From positions 7,676 through 71,675 of the forward strand of contig CAVWBF010000025.1 in the NCBI GenBank assembly GCA_963753085.1: DNA of 64,000 bases. The letters run 5' to 3'. Shown here piece after piece: positions 18,313 to 27,292 of the stretch. Numbering within the stretch: position 1 is the stretch's first letter; every line of letters starts with the position of its first letter. The position numbers were made by a program, and so were the translations under genes. Source of the DNA: an uncultured Spirochaetota bacterium. Lineage in GTDB: Bacteria; Spirochaetota; Spirochaetia; SZUA-6; Fen-1364. The notes under the pieces were generated by a model. It worked only from the letters and a program-made list of their open reading frames with translations. It was not told the origin of the DNA and made no database searches.

Positions 18313-19923
18313 CTATTCGGCCGCCGCTCCCATGCGCCGCCCGCCCCCGTTGCCTTTCTTCAGGAAGAAGGCGGGGATGATTGCCACGGCGGTGATGACC
18401 GCGGAGATGATGAACACGTCATCGATTGCGTTGACGAATGCCGTCTTCATGGCCATTCCATTGATGAACGCGAGCGCCATGCGCATGCCCTTTGCTCCTC
18501 CTCCCATCAGGGCGCCGGCATGGGAAAGTGCGTTCATGGCAGCGGGGTTCGCGGGGGAGACTGTCCATGCGAGCCAGTTCCCGTGGAGGACCTGGCGCGT
18601 GGTCAGAATTGTCGTGAGAACGGCAATCCCGAACGAGCTGGACACCCTCTGGATGATGTTCGTAATGGCCGAAGCCCTGCCGACGAGGTGGGTGGGAATC
18701 TCCACCATTGCAGCCGTCTGCGCAGGCATCATGGTGAGCGGCATGACGAATCCGCGGAGGACCGTCCAGAGAACGATTGTCGATGTGGCAGTGGCGAGGT
18801 TCAGGTAATGGAACAGCCAGGTGATGAACATGAGCATCACGACACCCGTGAGCGCGAGCGGCCGCGGGCCCACCTTGTCGAACAGGCGGCCGGACACGGG
18901 CATCATCAGGCCGGAGATCAGGGCCCCAGGCATCATCAGCATGCCCGTTTCCATGGCCCCGAGACCTCGAAAGTTCTGCAGGAACAGGGGGAGGAAGAAC
19001 AGCCCCGAAAACATCACGATGTTGGTGACGATGACCATGAGGTTGGCCATCGTGAAGGACCTGTACTTGAACACGCTCAGGTCGAGGAGCGGGTTGTCCG
19101 CCGTGAGCTCGAGGTAGATGAACAGCACAAAGAGGAAGAAGCTCACGACAAACAGCAGGACCGTCTGCTCCGCGCCCCAGCCCCAGTCTGCCCCCTTGGT
19201 GAGCGCCAGGAGGAGGCAGAACAGCCCTCCGGCGGAGGTGACTCCTCCCGCGATATCCAGCTTCCCCGGATGTTTCGACTGGAACTCCGGCAGGACAAAG
19301 AGTGAAAGCAGGATCCCGATGGCCCCGACCGGCAGGTTGATCGTGAAGATCCATCTCCAGTCCACGTACTCCACGAGGTAGCCGCCCAGCGTGGGGCCGA
19401 TGGCGGGGGCCACGAGGAGGGCAATCCCGAATATGCCCATGGCGGCTCCGAACTGCGTCTTGGGAACCATGCGGAATATCATGGCCATGGTTGTCGGCAT
19501 GATCATGCCACCGCCCACCGCCTGGATGACCCGGGCGAAGATCAGGGAGTTCATGCTCCACGCGAGGCTGCAGAACAGCGAGCCCACGACGAAGACGCCC
19601 ATGGACAGGATGTAGAGGCGCTTGAACCCTATCCTGTCCCCCAGCCATCCCGAGAAGGGGACCACCACGCCCAGGGCAAGCATGTAGATGGTGCTTACCC
19701 ATTGCACCTCGGATGTGCCGACGTTGAACACGTTCATGATGGTCGGGATGGCCACGTTCACGATGCTCGTGTCCAGGATGGACATGAACGCACCGATCAG
19801 GGCCACGAGGACCGGCGCGATCCAGTGGGACATTGGCCGCTCTGACACCTCTTCTCCGTGGGCGGCGGCCACGGGGGGGCGGGGTATCTGCGCGCCCGGC
19901 TGGACGCGCGCCTGTTCGCTCAT
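18313..19923 (-). CDS. DHA2-family MFS efflux pump (EmrB/QacA)
   Basis: FMSILDTSIVNVAIP, GWLGDRIGFKR, APAIGPTLGG and WRWIFTINLPVG motifs. Confidence 0.93.
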   Translation of the reverse strand: MSEQARVQPGAQIPRPPVAAAHGEEVSERPMSHWIAPVLVALIGAFMSILDTSIVNVAIPTIMNVFNVGTSEVQWVSTIYMLALGVVVPFSGWLGDRIGFKRLYILSMGVFVVGSLFCSLAWSMNSLIFARVIQAVGGGMIMPTTMAMIFRMVPKTQFGAAMGIFGIALLVAPAIGPTLGGYLVEYVDWRWIFTINLPVGAIGILLSLFVLPEFQSKHPGKLDIAGGVTSAGGLFCLLLALTKGADWGWGAEQTVLLFVVSFFLFVLFIYLELTADNPLLDLSVFKYRSFTMANLMVIVTNIVMFSGLFFLPLFLQNFRGLGAMETGMLMMPGALISGLMMPVSGRLFDKVGPRPLALTGVVMLMFITWLFHYLNLATATSTIVLWTVLRGFVMPLTMMPAQTAAMVEIPTHLVGRASAITNIIQRVSSSFGIAVLTTILTTRQVLHGNWLAWTVSPANPAAMNALSHAGALMGGGAKGMRMALAFINGMAMKTAFVNAIDDVFIISAVITAVAIIPAFFLKKGNGGGRRMGAAAE

Positions 19924-20354
19924 TTCTCTCTCTCTTCCTGTTCGAGGCACTCGAGGACCGATGCCAGGTCGCTGGCCAGCCGGTCTTTTGTGCTTGGCGG
20001 GAGGTCACGCATTACCTTTTCCATGATACGTGAGCTTGCATGGCGGATGTTGCGGATCAGCTCGTTCAGCTTCTCGGTTCCCTTCATCACCACTCCCCGA
20101 CGGTCGTCGGGATCACGATCCCGTTCCAGCCAGCCGCCATCCACAAGGCGATCGAGCATTCCGGTGAGCGTGCTCGGGGGAACGCCAAGCTCTTCGGCCA
20201 GCGCGGTCACACGGCGCGAGCCGGCGTGATGCGTCTTCCAGAGCAGCATGATCTCCGACATCGAAAGGCCCTCCGCATCGACGAGGGGCGCGAGACGCTT
20301 CCCGATCTTCTTGTTGACGTTCCACAAGAGCTCGACCAAGCCGATCTCATTCAT
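19920..20354 (-). CDS. MarR-family transcriptional regulator
   Basis: LAEELGVPPSTLTGMLDRLVDGGWLER...DRR winged HTH. Start is 20354 or 20360. Confidence 0.9.
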   Translation of the reverse strand: MNEIGLVELLWNVNKKIGKRLAPLVDAEGLSMSEIMLLWKTHHAGSRRVTALAEELGVPPSTLTGMLDRLVDGGWLERDRDPDDRRGVVMKGTEKLNELIRNIRHASSRIMEKVMRDLPPSTKDRLASDLASVLECLEQEEREK

Positions 20355-20377
20355 GTGCATCTCCCGCTGGGAACGAA

Positions 20378-20431
20378 CTGTTCGAAACAGCATTATTCGA
20401 AAATAATAATATTCGCTTTCGAATTAGTCAA
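20378..20431 (-). promoter_or_regulatory. sigma70 promoter with overlapping putative MarR operators
   Basis: Minus strand TTGACT-17-TATTAT (20431..20403). Inverted repeats CTGTT-CGA-AACAG, ATTATT-CGAA-AATAAT and ATTCG-CTTT-CGAAT. Confidence 0.7.
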
Positions 20432-20557
20432 GAGGGCCCGACCCGCACGATCGCGGCCTGCAATCCACGGAGCTCCACACGGGCCCGCGTTTGTCCCTGA
20501 AGCGGGAAATCCGTATCATTGGTTTGAGCCGCTCGACATGAAAAGGAGAGGACCCGC

Positions 20558-21391
20558 ATGAGCCAGCCTCGCGCCGGAGGGGCTTTCCGCATGACCGTAA
20601 CGCGTCTCTTCTTCATCCTCCTGGGAGCAACACTGTTCTGGCCCGCGGCAGGCTTTGCGGACAGCCCCGCCGCCCCGGGAGACGTGGTGGGTATCTACGA
20701 GAATCTCGGCGGCGTCGTTCCCCTTGACGCGGGCTTCCGTGATGAAACGGGCGCCCCTGTCAGCCTTCGGGAGCTCATTCACACGCCGACCATCCTCGCT
20801 CTCGTGTATTACACCTGCTCCAACGTCTGCGACTACCTTCTCCTCGGAGTGGCGGGGGCGGTGAAGTCGCTGCAGGCGGCTCCGGGCTCCGACTACAACG
20901 TGATCACCATCAGCATCGATGAGACGGAGGGTCCCAAAGATGCGCGCAAGGCCCGCAGGATCGCCCTGGAGTCCATAGAAAGGCCCTTTCCTCCCGCCGC
21001 GTGGCGCTTCCTCACGGGAGACACAACGAGCATTAACCGGGTTGCCCGCGCCGTGGGGTACAATTTTGTCCGCCGGGCGACGGGAATCGATCACCCCGTC
21101 GGGATCATCATTCTTTCCCCCCAGGGGAAGATCATCCGCTATATGAACGGGGACGAGTTCCTCCCGGCGGACCTGAAGCTTTCCCTCCTCGAGGCCTCCC
21201 AGGGCCGCGTCGGGCCGACCATCGCGAGGGTCCTCCGGTTCTGCTTCAGCACGGATCCGAAAAGTCACCAGCTGGTATTCAATCTTCTCAAAATCATCGG
21301 GACTATCACGATTCTCGGCGCCTGCCTGCTCGTGGGCTTCCTGATCCTTGCCACGGTGAAGCGCAGGCGAGGCGGCCACAGGTCTGCCTGA
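20558..21391 (+). CDS. SCO1/SenC-family copper chaperone (cytochrome c oxidase assembly)
   Basis: YYTCSNVC (CxxxC), WRFLTG, IDHP His ligand, CFSTDP and a C-terminal TM helix. Confidence 0.88.
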   Translation: MSQPRAGGAFRMTVTRLFFILLGATLFWPAAGFADSPAAPGDVVGIYENLGGVVPLDAGFRDETGAPVSLRELIHTPTILALVYYTCSNVCDYLLLGVAGAVKSLQAAPGSDYNVITISIDETEGPKDARKARRIALESIERPFPPAAWRFLTGDTTSINRVARAVGYNFVRRATGIDHPVGIIILSPQGKIIRYMNGDEFLPADLKLSLLEASQGRVGPTIARVLRFCFSTDPKSHQLVFNLLKIIGTITILGACLLVGFLILATVKRRRGGHRSA

Positions 21392-21611
21392 GGCGGACGG
21401 GGCCGCGGCAAAGCCGGAGAAAAAGATGGCCGGCTCAGTTCCTCTCGATCAAGGGCGCTCTGAGAGGCCTGCGGCCGGCCGTGGAAAGGGATGTGCGAGA
21501 GGCACGCGGAACGGGGCCCGCGCTTTCACCTTCCTCCCGCGCGCTGTTCAGAACTCTAGGGAGGCCGACAGCGCCACAATGGTGACACTAAGCTATACCC
21601 CTTCTTCGTCT

Positions 21612-21672
21612 CCCGGTTGCGGGGGGTCGGAGAAACCCGCCGGCCCCCCGGGGACCGGGTATGCCCTTTTTT
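21612..21672 (+). terminator. long GC stem-loop with T-tract upstream of the ECF sigma gene
   Basis: CGGGGGGTCGG/CCGGCCCCCCG inner stem, CCCGGT/ACCGGG outer stem, and TTTTTT at 21667-21672. Confidence 0.5.
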
Positions 21673-21689
21673 GAGCGGCAGGTGATACA

Positions 21690-22289
21690 TTGGGACCAGT
21701 GGAAGAGATTCGCGCCGAGGGCACCGGACGCGCTGACGAGCTTGCCGCCATTGGCGAGGTTCTTCGGGGGAACACGGATGCCTTTCGGCTTATCGTTGAT
21801 CGATACAAGGGCCTCGTTCTCCGCCTTGCCCTGTCCTTCCTCGGAAACCGTGAGGAGGCGGAGGAGGCGGCCCAGGAGATATTCCTCCGTGCATTCCGGT
21901 CGCTCCACCGCTTCAGCCTGGACAAGAAGCTCCTCCCCTGGCTGTACAGCATCGCGGTCAATCACCTGCGAAGCGCGTACGGACGCCTGCGCAGGCGCGA
22001 GGATCATGTTGCCTCCGTGGAAGTCGAGCTTGCCGCCGGAGGGGAATCCGACCCCCAGAGGCTCGTCCTGGACGAGATGGAGCGAAGCGCCCTGCGGCAG
22101 GCCGTGGACTCCCTCCCGCCGACCCTACGGGAGGTCATCGTCCTGTATTACTACGAGGAGCTGCGCGTCGAGACCATCGGCGCCGTGCTCAACATCGGCG
22201 TGGAGAACGTGAAGTCCCGGCTTTTCCGCGGTCGGCAGAAATTGAGGGAGATTCTGCAGAAAAACGCAACGATGGAAGACCTTCAATAG
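21690..22289 (+). CDS. ECF RNA polymerase sigma factor (SigW/RpoE-like)
   Basis: AEEAAQEIFLRAFRSL, WLYSIAVN and NVKSRLFRGRQKLR (regions 2 and 4.2). Start is 21690 (TTG) or 21699 (GTG). Confidence 0.92.
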   Translation: MGPVEEIRAEGTGRADELAAIGEVLRGNTDAFRLIVDRYKGLVLRLALSFLGNREEAEEAAQEIFLRAFRSLHRFSLDKKLLPWLYSIAVNHLRSAYGRLRRREDHVASVEVELAAGGESDPQRLVLDEMERSALRQAVDSLPPTLREVIVLYYYEELRVETIGAVLNIGVENVKSRLFRGRQKLREILQKNATMEDLQ

Positions 22290-22312
22290 TATAGTAACGA
22301 GCAGGACACAGA

Positions 22313-22948
22313 ATGAACGACACATGCGAGCGAGTGGACGCTGCAGTCAGTGAGTGGGAACGGGGGCTCGCCTCCGACGCGCAGAGTCTTTTCTTCATCA
22401 TCAACCATGCCCGCGGCTGCGCGCGGTGCGGTCGGAATTACAGCGCGTTGGTACCACTTCTCCGTCGGGACGCGGGGGAATCTTCCGGACTGACGGGTGT
22501 CGACGAGGCACCCTCGACGGGGTTCGCGGACGCCGTCATGCGGAGAGCCACCCGGACACGGGTGTGGCATGTTTCAGGGTCCACGATGCGCGCTGTTCGG
22601 TGGGCGCTCCCCCTCGCGGGAGGGGTTGCCCTTCTCATCGGCGTCGGGGCCTTCGTGCTTCGAGGGCTGCCTCCGGCGGCCACCGAGGTCATGGTGCATT
22701 TCTCACTTGAAGCTCCCGCGGCATCCCAGGTCAGTCTCGTGGGGGACTTCAATGGCTGGCGGCCGGGTCAACTGGCCCTGAAGAATATCGGCCAGAAAGG
22801 CACGTGGGAGATCACCGTCCCCCTCCGCAAAGGGGCGGTCTATACGTACGACTTCCTGATCGACGGTCAACGCTGGGTCCCTGACCCGCGTTCGGAGACA
22901 CAGGTGGACGACGACTTCGGAGGCTTGAGCTCCGTGCTCAGGTTGTGA
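22313..22948 (+). CDS. putative zinc-binding anti-sigma factor with a TM helix and a C-terminal CBM48/AMPK-type glycogen-binding domain
   Basis: HARGCARC (HxxxCxxC), TM WALPLAGGVALLIGVGAFVL, then VSLVGDFNGW, GTWEITVPL and YDFLIDGQRWVPDP. Confidence 0.82.
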   Translation: MNDTCERVDAAVSEWERGLASDAQSLFFIINHARGCARCGRNYSALVPLLRRDAGESSGLTGVDEAPSTGFADAVMRRATRTRVWHVSGSTMRAVRWALPLAGGVALLIGVGAFVLRGLPPAATEVMVHFSLEAPAASQVSLVGDFNGWRPGQLALKNIGQKGTWEITVPLRKGAVYTYDFLIDGQRWVPDPRSETQVDDDFGGLSSVLRL

Positions 22949-23793
22949 TGGGGGACCCGATGCGAAGAGCGATCATGCGGAGGGAAACCTCTCCCGCCTC
23001 CCTGTCGTATGCCGCAGCTGTCCTCCTGTCGTCGGCCCTCATCCTCACCGCGGGTGCCGGGTCGGCCTGGGGCGATGAGCTGGGCGCATGGTACGGCTCG
23101 GATGCGCGCGCCTCGAGCTACTCGGCGGCGCGGAGCGAACTTTCAGTCATTTTCCAGGAGGCGCGGCAGCAGGGCGTTGCACGGCGGCTCCTCGTTGACA
23201 GGCTCAGGGAAGGGGCGGCGAAGAACGTCCCCCCCAGCGTGCTCACGAACGGGCTTCGCGTGGAGCTCGGCCGGCTCGAGCGCGCTCACCTCATCATCGA
23301 CAAGGCCCGTCTGAGCGGAAGCATCCCGTCCGGCATGCAGGAGGTGACTCTGAAGGAAGTCGGCATATTCCTTCGCGCAGGCCTGCCCGACACGCTTATT
23401 GGCGAGCTTCTGGCAGCCGGAGCGAGCGTGCGCGGCGGCCGCGAGTCCGCTCTTGCCGCGTGCGGCGCCATCATGGATCTGCGCGCGGTGGCCCCCGTTG
23501 CGGATGCGGACTCCCTGCAGATCGGCAGGCTCCTCATGACAAGCGGCATGGAGCCCTCGGGGTACGGCTCTCTTGCACTCGTCTATGACAGGGGGAGGAG
23601 CCGCGGGCTGAGCCATGATCGCCTCGTACGGGAAGTCATCATCAATACCCTGACCGCGGGCGGCGGGCTTTCCGCCATGAACCAGAAGATCGAAAGCACG
23701 CCCATCGCTGAGCCCATCGGACCGACGCCACCGCCTGCCGCAAAGCATCCGGCCCCCCGGGCCCCTGGCTCGCGTGAACAGCATAAAAAGTAG
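22945..23793 (+). CDS. hypothetical secreted alpha-helical protein of the ECF operon
   Basis: Overlaps the anti-sigma stop (GTGA); hydrophobic signal ending GSAWG; LVDRLREGAAKNVPP; Pro-rich tail. Start is uncertain. Confidence 0.65.
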   Translation: MMGDPMRRAIMRRETSPASLSYAAAVLLSSALILTAGAGSAWGDELGAWYGSDARASSYSAARSELSVIFQEARQQGVARRLLVDRLREGAAKNVPPSVLTNGLRVELGRLERAHLIIDKARLSGSIPSGMQEVTLKEVGIFLRAGLPDTLIGELLAAGASVRGGRESALAACGAIMDLRAVAPVADADSLQIGRLLMTSGMEPSGYGSLALVYDRGRSRGLSHDRLVREVIINTLTAGGGLSAMNQKIESTPIAEPIGPTPPPAAKHPAPRAPGSREQHKK

Positions 23794-23853
23794 GGCAAGA
23801 AGGCGGGCCAGAAGGAAAGATGGAGGACCGGGGCGGAGAGCGGGGCGGCGCGG

Positions 23854-24588
23854 TCAGCGGGCCGTGAGCCCCGCCCCGCCCAGGTAGGCCTCCTGGATCC
23901 GCTTGTCCGACTGCAGCTCTTCCGAGGTGCCATTCGCCGATATCCGTCCCGTCTCCAGAACATACCCGCGCCGCGCAAGGACGAGCGCCTGGTGGGCATT
24001 CTGCTCCACGAGGAGGATCGCGATACCCTGGCGGTTTATCTCCTGGATGATGTCGAATATCAGGTGCACGAGGATGGGCGCGAGGCCCAGGGAGGGCTCA
24101 TCGAGGAGGAGGATGCGGGGAGTGCTCATGAGAGCGCGGCCGATGGCGAGCATCTGCTGCTCTCCGCCGGAGAGCGTCCCCGCCAGCTGGCGCCTGCGGT
24201 CCGAAAGCAGCGGGAAAAGGCCGAACACACGCTCCCGCGCCCGGGAGACCTCCTGCCTGCGGCCGCGCCGGGTGAACGCCCCGAGGTTGAGGTTCTCTTC
24301 CACCGTGAGCGTGGAGAAAACCTTCCGTCCTTCCGGTGCATGGGAGATACCTTTCACGACGATGTCATAGGCGGGCGTACGCGAAAGGGAGGCGCCATCC
24401 AGAAGGATTTCCCCTCCTTCTCGGGGAAGAAGGCCGGAAATCGCGCGAAGGAGGGTGCTCTTTCCGGCGCCGTTGGCGCCGAGCACGGTGACGATCTCGC
24501 CATCCTCCACGGACAGGCTCACCCCCTTGAGGGCCTCGAGCGCGCCGTATCGGATGTGCAGGTCGTTCACCTGGAGGAGGGCGCTCAT
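23854..24588 (-). CDS. livF: branched-chain amino acid ABC transporter ATP-binding protein
   Basis: GANGAGKST, PEGRKVF, LSGGEQQMLAIGRAL and LDEPSLGLAP motifs. Confidence 0.93.
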   Translation of the reverse strand: MSALLQVNDLHIRYGALEALKGVSLSVEDGEIVTVLGANGAGKSTLLRAISGLLPREGGEILLDGASLSRTPAYDIVVKGISHAPEGRKVFSTLTVEENLNLGAFTRRGRRQEVSRARERVFGLFPLLSDRRRQLAGTLSGGEQQMLAIGRALMSTPRILLLDEPSLGLAPILVHLIFDIIQEINRQGIAILLVEQNAHQALVLARRGYVLETGRISANGTSEELQSDKRIQEAYLGGAGLTAR

Positions 24589-25394
24589 CCCCGCGAGCTC
24601 CCGCCGAGGTACGCCTCGATGACGCGGGGATCATGGTAGATCTGCCGCGGGTGACCTTCCGCGATCTTCCTGCCGCCGTCCATCACTGTGACCCAGTCCG
24701 AGATGCCCATCACCACGTTCATGTCGTGCTCGATGAGGAGGATGGTGAGGTGCTCGTCCCTGATGATCCGCCGGATGAAATCCATGAGATCTTCCGTCTC
24801 GCGGGGGTTCAGCCCGCTCGACGGCTCATCGAGGACGATGAGCCGGGGGGATGTGGCCAGAGCGCGCGCGATCTCCAGCTTGCGCTGACTGCCGTAGGCG
24901 ATGTTTCGCGCCAGCTCGTTCCGAACCTCCCACAAGCCGACCTGGGACAAACGGTCTTCGGCTGCGCTCCGCGCCGCTTTTTCCTCCTCCACCTGGGAGC
25001 GCGGCCGAAACAGAGCGGCGGCAAGGCCGCTTTTCATCCGGCAGTGCCGCCCGGCCATGACGTTTTCCAGGCAGGTGAGGTTGGAAAACAGGCGGATGTT
25101 CTGAAAGGTCCTGGCAATCCCCTTTTCAACGATCTGGTGCGGCTTCTGGCCCGTGATGTCGTGTCCCTGAAAGAGCACCGTCCCGTGTTCGGGCCTGTAG
25201 ATGCCTGTAACCACGTTGAAGACGGTGGTTTTCCCGGCGCCGTTGGGGCCAATCAGGCTGGAGATCTCCCCCCGATGGACACGCAGGTCCAGAGCATCGA
25301 CGGCAGTGAGCCCGCCGAAGGTCTTGGTGAGGGCCGCCGTCTCCAGGACGATCTCCGCGTTTTTCTCCGCCACGGCGGACGCCGGCTCACCCAT
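24585..25394 (-). CDS. livG: branched-chain amino acid ABC transporter ATP-binding protein
   Basis: FGGLTAV, GPNGAGKTT, GIARTFQNIRLF and IEHDM motifs. Confidence 0.92.
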   Translation of the reverse strand: MGEPASAVAEKNAEIVLETAALTKTFGGLTAVDALDLRVHRGEISSLIGPNGAGKTTVFNVVTGIYRPEHGTVLFQGHDITGQKPHQIVEKGIARTFQNIRLFSNLTCLENVMAGRHCRMKSGLAAALFRPRSQVEEEKAARSAAEDRLSQVGLWEVRNELARNIAYGSQRKLEIARALATSPRLIVLDEPSSGLNPRETEDLMDFIRRIIRDEHLTILLIEHDMNVVMGISDWVTVMDGGRKIAEGHPRQIYHDPRVIEAYLGGSSRG

Positions 25395-26367
25395 GGGACC
25401 TCCAGAGCCGGCGCAGCAGGTCCTGCGCCTCGGTTCCGCCGCGGCGTCGAGGCCATGCGCCGCCGGGACGGAACATCATCATGAGGATCATCACCACGCC
25501 GAAGATGACCATGCGGTAATTCGCGAAGGACCGGAAGATCTCCGGGAACAGGCTGATGGCCGCCGCCCCGATGATGACTCCCGGCACGGAGCCCATGCCG
25601 CCAATGAGAACAATGCTGAACATGAGGCAGGACTCCCAGAACGTGAAGCTCTCCGGCGAGACCACCATGAGCTTGCCGGCGTACAGGTTCCCAGCCACTC
25701 CCGCCAGGGCTGCTCCGAGCACGAAGGCGAGCAGCTTGTGCGCGCGGACGTTGATGCCGGTTGCCTGCGCCGCCACCTCGTCCTCCCGGATGCAGTTCCA
25801 TGCCCGGCCGATGCGCGAACGCTGCAGGCGGTACAGGGCAAAGGCGGCAAGGCCGACCACGACCCAGATGAGATAGTAGGAGCCCATCGAGGAGTCGAGC
25901 TTGAGGAAGCCGAGGGTGGGCGAATCGATCCCGTACACCCCGTTGGGGCCGCCGGTGAGGTCCAGCGGGTTGTTGATGAGCCCCAGGCGGACAATCTCCC
26001 CCATCCCGATGGTCACGATGCACAGGTAGTCGCCGCGAAGATGGATGATAGGGGAGGTCACGAGGAAAGCGAAGAGCCCTGCCGCGATGGCAGCCACCGG
26101 AAGGAGGAGGAGCACCGGTATGCCGAACTTCGTGTTGAGGATGGCCGTGGCGTACGCGCCGATGGCGTAGAAGCCGGCATGGCCCAGGTCGTACAACCCG
26201 ACTTCCCCGAGGACTATGTTGAGGCTGAGCCCGAGAAGAACGTAGATTCCGAAGAAGAACGTCACGTCCAGCAGATAATCGCTGGCAAGAAAGGGAAAGA
26301 CCACTACGACAGCGAGGGCCAGCAGAGGCAGTGCCAGCCTGAGACGCGGCATCGATATCCCGGGCAT
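25387..26367 (-). CDS. livM: branched-chain amino acid ABC transporter permease
   Basis: LGHAGFYAIGAY, LRGDYLCIVT, TGGPNG and IREDEVAA motifs. Start is 26367 or 26352. Confidence 0.9.
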   Translation of the reverse strand: MPGISMPRLRLALPLLALAVVVVFPFLASDYLLDVTFFFGIYVLLGLSLNIVLGEVGLYDLGHAGFYAIGAYATAILNTKFGIPVLLLLPVAAIAAGLFAFLVTSPIIHLRGDYLCIVTIGMGEIVRLGLINNPLDLTGGPNGVYGIDSPTLGFLKLDSSMGSYYLIWVVVGLAAFALYRLQRSRIGRAWNCIREDEVAAQATGINVRAHKLLAFVLGAALAGVAGNLYAGKLMVVSPESFTFWESCLMFSIVLIGGMGSVPGVIIGAAAISLFPEIFRSFANYRMVIFGVVMILMMMFRPGGAWPRRRGGTEAQDLLRRLWRSHG

Positions 26368-26371
26368 CTCC

Positions 26372-27283
26372 CTAAACCTTCTCCGCTGTTTTTTCGCCGA
26401 AAAGGCCATTGGGCCGGAAGATCAGCACCAGGATCAGGATGAGGAAGACAAAGACGTCCTTCCAGGCCGTCGAAACGTAGGCGCTGCCCAGCATTTCCAG
26501 CACGCCGAGGATCAGCCCGCCGAACATGGCGCCGGGCAGGTTTCCGATCCCGCCCAGGATGGTGGCGGTGAAGGCTTTCAATCCGTAGTTCCAGCCCATC
26601 GTGAAGCTGATCTGTCGGTAGTACATCCCCACCATGACTCCCGTCAAAGCGCCGAGGGCGGGACCGAGGGTGAAGATGAACCGGATCACCCGGGTGAAGT
26701 TGATCCCCATGAGCGCCGCGGTGTCCCGGTCCAGGGCGGTAGCCCGCACCGCGGCGCCCCAGGTGGTCTTCTGAATCACAAGGTAGAGCACCGCCATGAG
26801 GAGGAAGGAAACGCACAGGATGAGCAGCTGCAGCCCTGTGAGATTGAGCCCCCCCACATGGATCTGGAAGTTGGGGATGAGCGCGGCCGGGTAGGCCTGG
26901 TAGCGGGGACCCCAGATGATCATGATGAGGTTCTGCAGGATGATGGATGCCCCGAGGGCGGAGACCACGGCGGGCAGGCGCCCCGCGGGGTAGATGGGAC
27001 GGTAGGCCACCCGCTCCACCACCACCCCGACAACGGCAAGACAGAGGGCGGCCACGATCACGGTGACCGCGAGGCCGCCCCACAGACCGAAGTGGGTTGT
27101 CACGAAACCCGCCCCGAATACAAGCAGCGTGTAGCCGACGTACGAGCCGAGGGCAAAGAAATCGCCGTGAGCAAAGTTGATCAACTTGAGCACCCCGTAC
27201 ACCATGGAGTACCCGAGGGCGATCAGGCCGTAGAAGCTCCCGATGGTCAGCCCGTTGATCAACTGCTCGAGGAAAACCCGCAT
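26372..27283 (-). CDS. livH: branched-chain amino acid ABC transporter permease
   Basis: QLINGLTIGSFYGLIALGYSMVYGVLKLINFAHG and KAFTATILGGIG motifs. Confidence 0.92.
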   Translation of the reverse strand: MRVFLEQLINGLTIGSFYGLIALGYSMVYGVLKLINFAHGDFFALGSYVGYTLLVFGAGFVTTHFGLWGGLAVTVIVAALCLAVVGVVVERVAYRPIYPAGRLPAVVSALGASIILQNLIMIIWGPRYQAYPAALIPNFQIHVGGLNLTGLQLLILCVSFLLMAVLYLVIQKTTWGAAVRATALDRDTAALMGINFTRVIRFIFTLGPALGALTGVMVGMYYRQISFTMGWNYGLKAFTATILGGIGNLPGAMFGGLILGVLEMLGSAYVSTAWKDVFVFLILILVLIFRPNGLFGEKTAEKV

Positions 27284-27292
27284 CCCGTCGGA

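Noticed and set aside
18419-20008. 529-aa alternative-frame ORF over emrB
   Set aside because: An Arg/Pro/His-rich shadow frame typical of high-GC coding DNA, with no motifs.
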